Of a stretch of 61,012 bases of DNA, positions 18,015 through 26,313 are shown in pieces. Source of the DNA: a virus (taxonomy: Duplodnaviria > Caudoviricetes). The notes beneath the pieces were generated by a model. The model was given only the letters and a program-made list of their open reading frames with translations, was not told where the DNA came from and did no database searches. Position numbers and translations under genes: made by a program. Every line of letters begins with the position of its first letter. The first letter of the stretch is position 1. The DNA lies in IMG/VR virus record IMGVR_UViG_3300025120_000004, positions 1 through 61,012 of that record; one strand, written 5' to 3'.

Positions 18015-18735
18015 ATTCGTAAAGGAGGAGGGATTCGAACCCTCTCTCCTCTCTTCTGGTTTTTATCTTTTCAGTCATTCTCAGATAGTCAAACCATACC
18101 CATAGACTTTCTAACCTTGTGCATTTGTTTCTTCCCATTTTCTGCTTTCTCGTTAGATACATTTTCTTTTTTAGCATACATCTGCAAACTATACGATATA
18201 AAACAGGATTTAAAAATGTGCAAATTCCCTCGTATATTTGTTCGCAAATGTGCGTAGCTTGTCCCTTAAGACCGAAATCTCTACGCTAATAAGCCCACTA
18301 TTGGTATTATATAAAATAATAGTACCAACTTGTCAAGGAGCAAACGTATTGTCAGTACGCACCTCGCCTATTGAGTTTTTATTTTAAGTGGTTTAGAATT
18401 GAAATATTATAAGATAATACGTGTTTATCTTTGCCCTACAATTATACTATGTTTGTTCGTTCGCTTCTGATGTCGTAGCAATTTGCGTACGCAGTGGATC
18501 GGCTGTAATATAATACAGCACGTTATACCTTTGAAGGGGTTTCAATATTTCAAAATGTCAAGGAACAAAACCTATTGGAATTAAAATGAGACATTGCTAC
18601 AAATTAATTTTTATCCGTTGCGCCATACGGTCGCCATTATAGGTATTGAAATTTTAGTTTAAAGCCTTTGCACCAACGTCAAGGTATTTCAATAAGCAAA
18701 GGAAAGCAGTTTTAAAACGTGCTTAGGTTTACGCA
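18015..18735 (-). ncRNA. Candidate large structured RNA with boxA-like sites and 3' tRNA T-arm mimic
   Basis: About 720 nt with no credible ORF in a densely coded arm, many local and long-range inverted repeats, and GAGGG-TTCGAAT-CCCTC at 18044-18028. Confidence 0.45.
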
Positions 18736-18736
18736 A

Positions 18737-19159
18737 TTATTTTGCGCTTTCAACTTTTGCAAGTCTACCAACTGTTTGCAACAATAACCAATAGCTAAAT
18801 TTTATTTTAGGTTCACCCTTTATAAACTTTGCGCCTTTGCTTTTATCGGTATTCGCATTCTTAAATAATTCCCTTTCACTCGCAAGACTTACTATGTTTC
18901 GAATATTAGTTACTTTGCCAAAAGTGACATTTGTACCTTTGTTCGTATTATAATGGTTTATATATTCGTTTAAACCACTTTCGCCTTTGCCCTTTGCATA
19001 GCGTACTAAACCACTCATTGAAAACGTCTCTTCTTTCCATTGGTTATTCAATGCGCTTTTTAAAATTACGGACTTACTTTTTTTAGCTACTTTTTTAATA
19101 GCAACTTTTTTGCTTGTTACAACTTTTTTCACTGAATTTGTTTTAACTGAATTTTTCAT
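18737..19159 (-). CDS. First early gene; Lys-rich basic protein (140 aa, start MKNSVK)
   Basis: ATG 19159 lies downstream of the promoter box at 19199-19206, so the longer listed start is unlikely. Confidence 0.7.
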   Translation of the reverse strand: MKNSVKTNSVKKVVTSKKVAIKKVAKKSKSVILKSALNNQWKEETFSMSGLVRYAKGKGESGLNEYINHYNTNKGTNVTFGKVTNIRNIVSLASERELFKNANTDKSKGAKFIKGEPKIKFSYWLLLQTVGRLAKVESAK

Positions 19160-19198
19160 TTTATATTTATTTAAATTAATGTTTGGGTTATCCCATTG

Positions 19199-19231
19199 CA
19201 AATATACAAACAAATAATTATATAAAACAAA
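19199..19231 (-). promoter_or_regulatory. Main early promoter (Bacteroidota -33 TTTG / -7 TATATTTG)
   Basis: TATATTTG at 19206-19199 and TTTG at 19231-19228, 21 nt apart. Confidence 0.7.
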
Positions 19232-19499
19232 TAAATTATAAAAAATAAATAAATAAAATCATTGATCTTTTAAACGAGGTTTTAAAATTGAATAGTTAAA
19301 ATGTTGATTTTCAATAAGTTATGTAAAATTATTGAATACTGGATTTTGCAAAAAAAAATTTAAAATTATTTTTGTCTATTGTAAAAATTGAATAAAAAAC
19401 GATAAATAAATATATCTTTTTAGTATTAAAAAAGTTAAGTATTTGATAAAATTAAGGTGGTTATTACCTCTTATTTATGTTTACGTAAAACAAAAATAT

Positions 19500-19559
19500 A
19501 AGGGTGTAAGGGTGCAAGGTGTTAAGGGTGTAAGGGTGCAAGGTGCAAGGGTGCAAGGT
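19500..19559 (+). repeat. Tandem 7-8 nt G-rich repeats (AAGG(G)TG(T/C)) x8
   Basis: AAGGGTGT AAGGGTGC AAGGTGTT AAGGGTGT AAGGGTGC AAGGTGC AAGGGTGC AAGGT. Confidence 0.9.
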
Positions 19560-19699
19560 AAAAAGCTAAAAAAATTACAGGTAAAAAAATGAAAATAAAA
19601 CACACCCCCCCTATCAAAAACAAAACGACTTCCTATATGATGATCAGTGCGTATATTATATTATTACCCAGAGCCTCTATATAAGTAATATTAATTTTG

Positions 19700-19707
19700 T
19701 ATCTTTG
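19700..19707 (+). promoter_or_regulatory. -7 promoter box TATCTTTG
   Basis: First plus-strand box, 8 nt before ATG 19716; same TTGTATCTTTG context as other boxes. Confidence 0.65.
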
Positions 19708-19715
19708 TTTTCTAA

Positions 19716-19856
19716 ATGCTAGAGATAGAAATACATAATCGAATACCTATAGGATTTGCGATTGGTTGGAGTTGGTTTGGCATTGAGGAGAATTATGATT
19801 TCAATGAGGTTATAATTTATTTAGTTATAATAAGTATACATTTTAAATGGAAATAA
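19716..19856 (+). CDS. Small hydrophobic protein (46 aa)
   Basis: Own translation MLEIEIHNRIPIGFAIGWSWFGIEENYDFNEVIIYLVIISIHFKWK. Confidence 0.55.
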   Translation: MLEIEIHNRIPIGFAIGWSWFGIEENYDFNEVIIYLVIISIHFKWK

Positions 19857-19857
19857 T

Positions 19858-20064
19858 ATGATGAGCAAAAGACCTATTATGAAAGAGTATTTACAAGAAC
19901 GAAACAAGCATGAGCTTGCTGGAGGATTTGATTATTACTCGACAGGAATTAAAAAATTAGCTAGCTTTAAAAAAGCTAAAGATCGTGCTAAGCAGATTAG
20001 TATGATAGCAGAAGGAATTGAATTGGCTGAAGCTAAAAAGAATTTTTTTAGTATTTATAAATAA
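19858..20064 (+). CDS. Hypothetical protein (68 aa)
   Basis: ORF followed by a terminator. Confidence 0.6.
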   Translation: MMSKRPIMKEYLQERNKHELAGGFDYYSTGIKKLASFKKAKDRAKQISMIAEGIELAEAKKNFFSIYK

Positions 20065-20101
20065 CTTTCTTCCCAATAATTAGATTGTGTTTCTCAGAAA
20101 G

Positions 20102-20131
20102 AGGGGTTAAACTTATGTTTGCCCCTTTTTT
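20102..20131 (+). terminator. Intrinsic terminator
   Basis: AGGGG-t-TAAAC-ttat-GTTTG-CCCCT then T run. Confidence 0.7.
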
Positions 20132-20314
20132 ATGTCGGTTTATGTCGAGGGTATGTCGGTTTTATGTCGATTTTTTTTTACCTAAACTATTGATTTTATT
20201 ATACTTTACTTTATTTATGTCGATTATGTCGGTTTTTATTCTAATTATATAGAAAATAAAAAAAGATATAGTAGTAATTATATATATATATATATATAGA
20301 AATAAAATCGACAT
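20131..20314. other. Putative replication origin (TATGTCG iterons, IHF-type site, (TA)n tract)
   Basis: Six TATGTCG at 20131, 20141, 20152, 20163, 20216, 20225; inverted CGACAT at 20309; WATCAANNNNTTR match at 20183-20195 (minus); (TA)10. Confidence 0.55.
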
Positions 20315-20336
20315 TTTGTCATTGGCATTATTTTTG

Positions 20337-20344
20337 TATCTTTG
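20337..20344 (+). promoter_or_regulatory. -7 promoter box TATCTTTG for groEL
   Basis: TAnnTTTG 24 nt upstream of ATG. Confidence 0.7.
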
Positions 20345-20368
20345 CCTTAAATCTAATTAAACTTAAAT

Positions 20369-21940
20369 ATGAATCCAAAAGAATTATCCTTCGACCAAGA
20401 AGGGAGAGACAAATTATTAAACGGTATAACTACAATTTCAAAAGCCGTTAAAAGTACATTAGGCCCACTAGGTAAGACTGTACTAATCGAATCACAGAAT
20501 CATACACATGGAATAACGGTAACTAAAGATGGAGTTACGGTTGCTAAGTCTATAGATTTAGAAGATGCGGTAGAGAATTTAGCTATACGTATGATGAAGG
20601 AGGCTGCTGAGAGGACTGCTACTTCTGCAGGTGACGGCACTACTACTGCGATTGTTTTAACGGAGGCTATTGTAAAGGAGGGTATGCGTGTTATAGAAAA
20701 AAATCCTGATATCAATACCACTGAATTAATACGAGACATAAATAGTATTACTGATGAATTAATAAAGTCATTAGGTAAGTCTTCTAAAAAGGTAACTGGG
20801 AAAACTTTGCGTGATGTAGCTACGATATCTGCTAACAACGATTCTGTTTTGGGTAAAATGATTGCTAGTGCTTACAAGGAATTGGGTAGAGATGGGGTTC
20901 TTACTGTAGAGAACAGTAAAACTGACGAGACTTATTATGAGGTAACAAAAGGAATTAAGATTGACAGAGGATACAGTTCTAAGTTATTTATCAATAATCA
21001 CAGAAACGATGAATGTATATTAGATGATGTTTATGTCCTGATGACTGATATGGAGATTACTAATATTCTTCAGATTGAAAATATATTAAAACCAATTATT
21101 AATCAGAATAAGAAATTACTGATTATCGGTAACTGCGCACAGAATGTAACTAATACATTAGCTGCCAATGTAGTTCAGAATAATTTAAAGCTTTGTAATA
21201 TTATACCACCATCGTTTGGATACAAGACTAATGAGCTTATGAGTGATATTGCTCTGGCAATAGGTGCGAAATATTTCAGTGAATCACAGGGAGATAACAT
21301 AGGTATGTTGACAATGAGTGATTTAGGTCATGCAGATAAGATTATAGTAGGAAAAGATAGTACTGTTATTATAAATGATGAGGAAAGTAGTAAGGATGCT
21401 AAGATTAGAATAGATGAATTGAAGGTTCAGAAGGATAATAACAAGGATAAGAAGGAAAGGGACTTTATTACTGAGCGTATTGCCCTGTTATCAGGTGCTG
21501 TAGGTGTAATATATGTAGGAGGAAACTCGGATGTAGAGCAAAAAGAGAAGTATGATAGGGTAGAAGATGCTGTTTGTGCAGTAAGATCGGCTATTGAAGA
21601 GGGGATTTTACCAGGCGGAGGCTTGGCTCTGGTAAGATGTGCAGAGAATTTAAGGGATGGACACGCTAATGACGTGTTATATTTAGGATTATTAGCTCCA
21701 TTTGAGCAAATATTAGTAAATGCAGGTGAAGATATAGCAAATGTAAGAGATAAAACGTGTAGTTGCTCTAAAGTTCCATATAATTACGGATATGATGTAA
21801 AAAACAAAGTATTTGGAGATATGTATAAGATGGGAGTTATAGATCCTGCAAAAGTTACAAAGAATGCACTAAAAAATGCAGTAAGTGTAGCGACAACAAT
21901 ACTAAGTACTAATGCAATAGTAACAATGAAAAGAAAATAA
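20369..21940 (+). CDS. groEL: Chaperonin GroEL (phage-encoded)
   Basis: TLGP.G, VTKDGVTVAK, AGDGTTTA, ISANND, DRGY, EEGILPGGG, GVIDPAKV; lacks GGM tail. Confidence 0.97.
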   Translation: MNPKELSFDQEGRDKLLNGITTISKAVKSTLGPLGKTVLIESQNHTHGITVTKDGVTVAKSIDLEDAVENLAIRMMKEAAERTATSAGDGTTTAIVLTEAIVKEGMRVIEKNPDINTTELIRDINSITDELIKSLGKSSKKVTGKTLRDVATISANNDSVLGKMIASAYKELGRDGVLTVENSKTDETYYEVTKGIKIDRGYSSKLFINNHRNDECILDDVYVLMTDMEITNILQIENILKPIINQNKKLLIIGNCAQNVTNTLAANVVQNNLKLCNIIPPSFGYKTNELMSDIALAIGAKYFSESQGDNIGMLTMSDLGHADKIIVGKDSTVIINDEESSKDAKIRIDELKVQKDNNKDKKERDFITERIALLSGAVGVIYVGGNSDVEQKEKYDRVEDAVCAVRSAIEEGILPGGGLALVRCAENLRDGHANDVLYLGLLAPFEQILVNAGEDIANVRDKTCSCSKVPYNYGYDVKNKVFGDMYKMGVIDPAKVTKNALKNAVSVATTILSTNAIVTMKRK

Positions 21941-21941
21941 T

Positions 21942-22199
21942 ATGAAAGCAGTAGGAAAATACATTGTAATTACAGAAATTAAAGAACAACAAAAAACACA
22001 GTCAGGAATATTATTGACTTCAGATGATACAAACTTGCAAAGATACAAAAAAGGATTAATAGTTATTCCAGGCACTGATGTGTCCGTTGTATCAAAAGGT
22101 GACGCTATTTATTACGATAAAAACGCAGGTCATAAAATGATGTTAGAAGAAGAGGTGGTTACAATTATATCTGAAAGAGATATTGTAGTGGTACTATAG
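21942..22199 (+). CDS. groES: Co-chaperonin GroES
   Basis: KTQSGILL mobile loop, VSKGD, ISERDI; 85 aa, directly after groEL. Confidence 0.85.
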   Translation: MKAVGKYIVITEIKEQQKTQSGILLTSDDTNLQRYKKGLIVIPGTDVSVVSKGDAIYYDKNAGHKMMLEEEVVTIISERDIVVVL

Positions 22200-22661
22200 T
22201 TTCTTTTTAATTTCTTTATTCATTTTCTTTATTATCTTACGATATACTTTGTGAGAATAATCAGCATTGGTATCAAACATAGGATTCCGTCTTCTATCTT
22301 CGGAGACGGTTTCTTCCATGTTTAGTTTTTTATAAATTGAAGCGCATACGCGCTTACCTTTAAATCCAAGCTCATATAAAGTAGCTTCTTTTCCTTTTCG
22401 TTTTCTCCAGACAATAATCCATTTTTCTTTTTTTAGATTGTGGAATCTGTTTCTATCCCAAGACATAATTTCATTATATTCTTCAAATTGTTTTTGAGTA
22501 AACAACCCTTCGCTATATAAGAATAGCATCATTTCAATGTCAGCAGTACCTAGATCGTACTTAGCTTTAGCCCATTGTTTTACTACTTTCCAATATTTTA
22601 GATAATCATTTTTAGGCTCATATCTTTCGTAAATTCTCTTTACTTTTCTTAAAATTTTCAT
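22194..22661 (-). CDS. Putative winged-helix regulator
   Basis: Only minus-strand gene in the late arm; DIEMMLFLY...LKKEKWI...LYELGFKGK is a MarR-like pattern; has its own promoter box. Confidence 0.5.
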   Translation of the reverse strand: MKILRKVKRIYERYEPKNDYLKYWKVVKQWAKAKYDLGTADIEMMLFLYSEGLFTQKQFEEYNEIMSWDRNRFHNLKKEKWIIVWRKRKGKEATLYELGFKGKRVCASIYKKLNMEETVSEDRRRNPMFDTNADYSHKVYRKIIKKMNKEIKKKL

Positions 22662-22674
22662 TTAATTAAATTTG

Positions 22675-22690
22675 TATCTTTGCAAATATA
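22675..22690. promoter_or_regulatory. Abutting opposite -7 boxes TATCTTTG (+) / TATATTTG (-)
   Basis: TATCTTTG-CAAATATA between divergent genes. Confidence 0.65.
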
Positions 22691-22700
22691 ATCTTTTATT

Positions 22701-23012
22701 ATGGCATTAAGCAGAACTGCTAAGTTTTATAGGGACAATCCTAAAGCACGAAAGAAACATCGAGCTTATCAAGCCAAGTATAATAAAAAGAAAAAATCAA
22801 TAAAACAAAGAGTAGCTGATAACAAAGCTAATAGGCGTTTTGGAACTTACGGAAACTATGATGGACTTGATGTTTCTCACAGAAAAGGTAGGGTAGTATT
22901 AGAAAAAGCATCTAAAAATAGAGGAAGTAAAACAAATACTCCAGGAGATAGAAGAGCTAGAGGTAAAAAAGGTAAAGGAAGAAAAAATAAAGGTAACACA
23001 GGAGGCAAATAA
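22701..23012 (+). CDS. Basic protein, possibly degenerate HNH-like
   Basis: DGLDVSH...LEKASKNR; very Lys/Arg-rich. Confidence 0.5.
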   Translation: MALSRTAKFYRDNPKARKKHRAYQAKYNKKKKSIKQRVADNKANRRFGTYGNYDGLDVSHRKGRVVLEKASKNRGSKTNTPGDRRARGKKGKGRKNKGNTGGK

Positions 23013-23015
23013 ATT

Positions 23016-23165
23016 ATGGCACTAGGAATAGGAATAGCAAACGGAATACCGTTTTTAGAAGAAAGACAACCAATTATTATAACCGATTTCATCATTACAG
23101 AGATTGATGAATTTTGTATACAAGAAACAGGAGGAGCTAATGCAAGAATGCTACCTGAAAACTAA
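23016..23165 (+). CDS. Small hypothetical virion protein (49 aa)
   Basis: Own translation MALGIGIANGIPFLEERQ... Confidence 0.5.
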   Translation: MALGIGIANGIPFLEERQPIIITDFIITEIDEFCIQETGGANARMLPEN

Positions 23166-23176
23166 TAAATAAAAAA

Positions 23177-24103
23177 ATGGCAAATTTAAAATTTTCACAA
23201 TTCGAAACCAAAACAGTAATAACTGACGTAAATTTTCTAGTCGGATATACTGACTTAGAAAATGTACAAATAAGTACTAGTAATTTGTTCGCTGGATTTG
23301 GTACAGGAACTGCTAATACTATTACCATGTGGAATGCCACAGGAACAGGTATAGTTGATAGTATAATTACTCAACAACCTAATAACACAGAGATTCGAAT
23401 AACAGGTGCTCTTGATGTTACCACTGGAATAACTACTGCTGGTGATATAGAAATGAGTCTTGGTAGTATTAGTATATCGGCAGGAGATGTTACAGCTAAT
23501 TCAGGTATTGCGTCTTTTAATAGTTTTGTAAAAACAGGTGGTACAGCACTAGAGTATTTAATGGCTGACGGTTCTGTTACTACAGCTCCACCAACAGGAG
23601 TTACTGAGTTTATAGAGTTAACAGACACTCCAAATAATTATATATGTCAACCAGACAATACATTTGGTAGAGGAAAGAATGTTAAGGTAAACTCTGCAGG
23701 TAGTGCATTAGAATTTACTCCTGATTATTTTGATTTTGCTTGTAGCGATGAAGAAACTAATTTGACCGCAGGTAACAAAAAATTTACTATTGTTTTTACT
23801 AGAGCTTTTAATTGTGTATCAGAAATTAGATTTTCCGTTACTCAAGCTCCAATAGGTGCAGACATTATTTTAGAAGTTTCAAAAAATGGAACTAGTATTT
23901 TTGCAGGAACTAATTATCCTACGATAGATGCAGGTACAAATACAACAAATGTATCAGCATCATCTCAATTTATATCTGGAGGTTATGTAGATTTTGCTGT
24001 TGGAGATGAGATGAAAGTAGGAATAACACAGGTAGGAGCTGCTACTTCTGCAGGAACAGGACTAAAAGCAAGTATGGTATATAATAATTGTCCATGTTTC
24101 TAA
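23177..24103 (+). CDS. Putative tail fibre/accessory virion protein
   Basis: Thr/Gly-rich; FVKTGGT..EYLMADGS and FIELTDTP fibre motifs. Confidence 0.6.
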   Translation: MANLKFSQFETKTVITDVNFLVGYTDLENVQISTSNLFAGFGTGTANTITMWNATGTGIVDSIITQQPNNTEIRITGALDVTTGITTAGDIEMSLGSISISAGDVTANSGIASFNSFVKTGGTALEYLMADGSVTTAPPTGVTEFIELTDTPNNYICQPDNTFGRGKNVKVNSAGSALEFTPDYFDFACSDEETNLTAGNKKFTIVFTRAFNCVSEIRFSVTQAPIGADIILEVSKNGTSIFAGTNYPTIDAGTNTTNVSASSQFISGGYVDFAVGDEMKVGITQVGAATSAGTGLKASMVYNNCPCF

Positions 24104-24116
24104 AATAAAATAAAAT

Positions 24117-25547
24117 ATGAATTTTTTAAATACATTTTGGTATAATACTTCAGGAGCTTCTAGTTTTGAAACTAAATGGAGAACAAGTGCTAACAACCAA
24201 TCAATTACTTTACCTTATGAAAGCAGTGGTACTTACTCTGGAACTATTGATTGGGGAGATGGAACTGTTGTAGCAAATACTTATGCTAACAGAACTCATA
24301 CTTACGCGACTGGTGCAGATTACAACGTAATAATTGATGGAGAATGTTCAAAATGGAACTTTCAGGCAGTAAATACTTCTAAATCAAAAATAATTGAAGT
24401 ATTAGGTTGGGGGACGTATAGTTTTGAAACCTGTAATTTTACTAATTGTAATAGTTTTATTGGAGGTCCTGTTTGTAGGGATTTAATAAACTTATCTCCT
24501 AGTGCTAATCTTTCATTTAAGAGTTGTAATAAATTAACTACCATTCAAAATATAGAGTTTTGGGATATTAGTAATTTGACTAACACTTCATTTATGTTTC
24601 AAAGCTGCACACAATTTACTGCAGACTTATCTAATTGGGATATGAGCAATGTAACTAATGCATTTTTTATGTTTACAACTGCTAAAGCTTTTAATTCAGA
24701 TGTGAGTTCTTGGGATACTTCTTCAATAACAAATTTTACATACATGTTTGCTAATGCTGAAAGTTTTAATAGCGATATAAATTTTGATCTTACTTCAGCA
24801 ACTAATAATGCTTATGGATTGTTTAATGGATGTATTTCTTTTAATAGTGATGTTAGTGGAATGGATACAAGTACATTAACTGCTATGAACTTTATGTTTA
24901 ATGGTTGTACATCTTTAAATAATAATTCTATGATGGGTTGGGATGTGAGTAATGTAGAAAATATGACTAATATGTTTGCAAGTTGTGATTCTTTCGACCA
25001 AGATTTTACAACTTGGGATACATCTAATGTAAAGTATTGGTTTCGTATGTTTAGTAATGCTAAAGTTTTTAATGGTACGGTTAGTGTATTTGATACAAGT
25101 TCTGCAATAAGGATGACTTCTATGTTTCAGGGTGCTGATTTATTTAATCAACCAATAGGTAATTGGGATGTGAGTAATGTGACACAAATGGACCAAATGT
25201 TTTATTTTGCTCAAGATTTTAACCAAGATATTAGTAATTGGGATGTGAGCAAAGTACATAATTTCAAAGGAATGTTTCAAAATGCTGATGATTTTGATAA
25301 GCCCTTAACAAATTGGGATATTGTTTCGACTAATTCATTAACAATGGAGGATTTTATGCTTAATAAAACATTTAACAATTACAGTGCTACTAATTATGAC
25401 ATTTTACTTTCAAGATGTGAGCAAGGAGGGTTGTCAAATGTTACTTTAGATATGGGAACTATTAAATATACAATAGGAGGTCAACAACGTAAAAATTATT
25501 TAGTAAATACTAAAGGTTGGACAATAAGTGATGGAGGACTCGTTTAA
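24117..25547 (+). CDS. DUF285/BspA-like repeat protein (putative adhesin)
   Basis: About ten ~25-aa repeats FN..i..WDvSnvtnm..MF; N-terminal TIDWGDG PKD-like motif. Confidence 0.8.
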   Translation: MNFLNTFWYNTSGASSFETKWRTSANNQSITLPYESSGTYSGTIDWGDGTVVANTYANRTHTYATGADYNVIIDGECSKWNFQAVNTSKSKIIEVLGWGTYSFETCNFTNCNSFIGGPVCRDLINLSPSANLSFKSCNKLTTIQNIEFWDISNLTNTSFMFQSCTQFTADLSNWDMSNVTNAFFMFTTAKAFNSDVSSWDTSSITNFTYMFANAESFNSDINFDLTSATNNAYGLFNGCISFNSDVSGMDTSTLTAMNFMFNGCTSLNNNSMMGWDVSNVENMTNMFASCDSFDQDFTTWDTSNVKYWFRMFSNAKVFNGTVSVFDTSSAIRMTSMFQGADLFNQPIGNWDVSNVTQMDQMFYFAQDFNQDISNWDVSKVHNFKGMFQNADDFDKPLTNWDIVSTNSLTMEDFMLNKTFNNYSATNYDILLSRCEQGGLSNVTLDMGTIKYTIGGQQRKNYLVNTKGWTISDGGLV

Positions 25548-25617
25548 GCATAAAATAATGTTAGCAGCTACATTATTAGGAATGGTAATTATTGCAATAA
25601 TAACAGCAAAAAAATAA

Positions 25618-26307
25618 ATGGCTAGAATACAAACATATCCAATAGATTTTAATGTAACAGGTGATGATTTACTTATAGGTACTGATGTTATAACAGGGAA
25701 ACCTACTAAAAATTATACTGTTGAATCTTTAAGAAGTTATATAGCTTCATCAGATGTTTTAAAATTTAAGTATATTGAGCAGCCATTATATGGAACAGGT
25801 GCTATTTCTCCTGCAGCAGGAGGAACTGAAGACAAACCTTTTAGTACAGTAACTAATTTTGTTATTTCTATAGAGGATTTATCACAACAAAATACCGTTC
25901 CATTTATGTCTTATTTAGTAGGATCAGAAATTATAATAATTAAACAATCTGATATTTCTCAGTTTGGACATTATAAAGTAGATAGTTATAATGTAAATCC
26001 TACTCATAGTTCTTTTTATGATTTAATACTTACTTATATTGGAGGTAATGGAGTATTAGAGTTAGATGAATTTTATAATATTTCTAATTTTGTAAAAGGT
26101 GGAGACGTAGGTGATAAGACATTTATATTTGAACAGATTACTCCATCAGCAACATGGAGCATTACGCATACATTAAATAAATTTCCATCAGTTTCTGTAG
26201 TAGATACTGCAGGCACTCAAGTGTTTACTGATGTAAATTATATAGATAATAATAATATAACATTGACTTTTTCTACAGGATTTGCAGGAAAAGCATTTTT
26301 AAACTAA
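25618..26307 (+). CDS. Tail/fibre-associated protein
   Basis: MARIQTYP..DLLIGTD N-terminus shared with 31962; C-terminal WSITHTLNKFPSVSVVD. Confidence 0.6.
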   Translation: MARIQTYPIDFNVTGDDLLIGTDVITGKPTKNYTVESLRSYIASSDVLKFKYIEQPLYGTGAISPAAGGTEDKPFSTVTNFVISIEDLSQQNTVPFMSYLVGSEIIIIKQSDISQFGHYKVDSYNVNPTHSSFYDLILTYIGGNGVLELDEFYNISNFVKGGDVGDKTFIFEQITPSATWSITHTLNKFPSVSVVDTAGTQVFTDVNYIDNNNITLTFSTGFAGKAFLN

Positions 26308-26313
26308 GAAATC

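Noticed and set aside
18000-18110. Complete tRNA or tmRNA gene
   Set aside because: Only a T-arm is present; I found no matching 5' acceptor strand, D arm, anticodon arm or CCA
17995-18177. 60-aa minus-strand ORF
   Set aside because: Runs through the T-arm hairpin with no recognisable features; more likely incidental to a structured RNA, though not excluded
19160-19213. Extended start of the first early gene
   Set aside because: Lies upstream of or within the promoter box
19500-20231. CRISPR array
   Set aside because: Repeats are 7-8 nt with no spacer-length unique sequences, and there are no cas genes
20500-20838. Antisense ORFs (also 3064, 7695, 8196, 9668, 23371, 28261, 29208, 31145, 35107, 57476, 58214 and similar)
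   Set aside because: Opposite-strand shadows of well-supported genes with no independent signals
24550-25330. Diversity-generating retroelement TR/VR
   Set aside because: Nucleotide similarity reflects protein repeats, and no reverse transcriptase was seen in the genome
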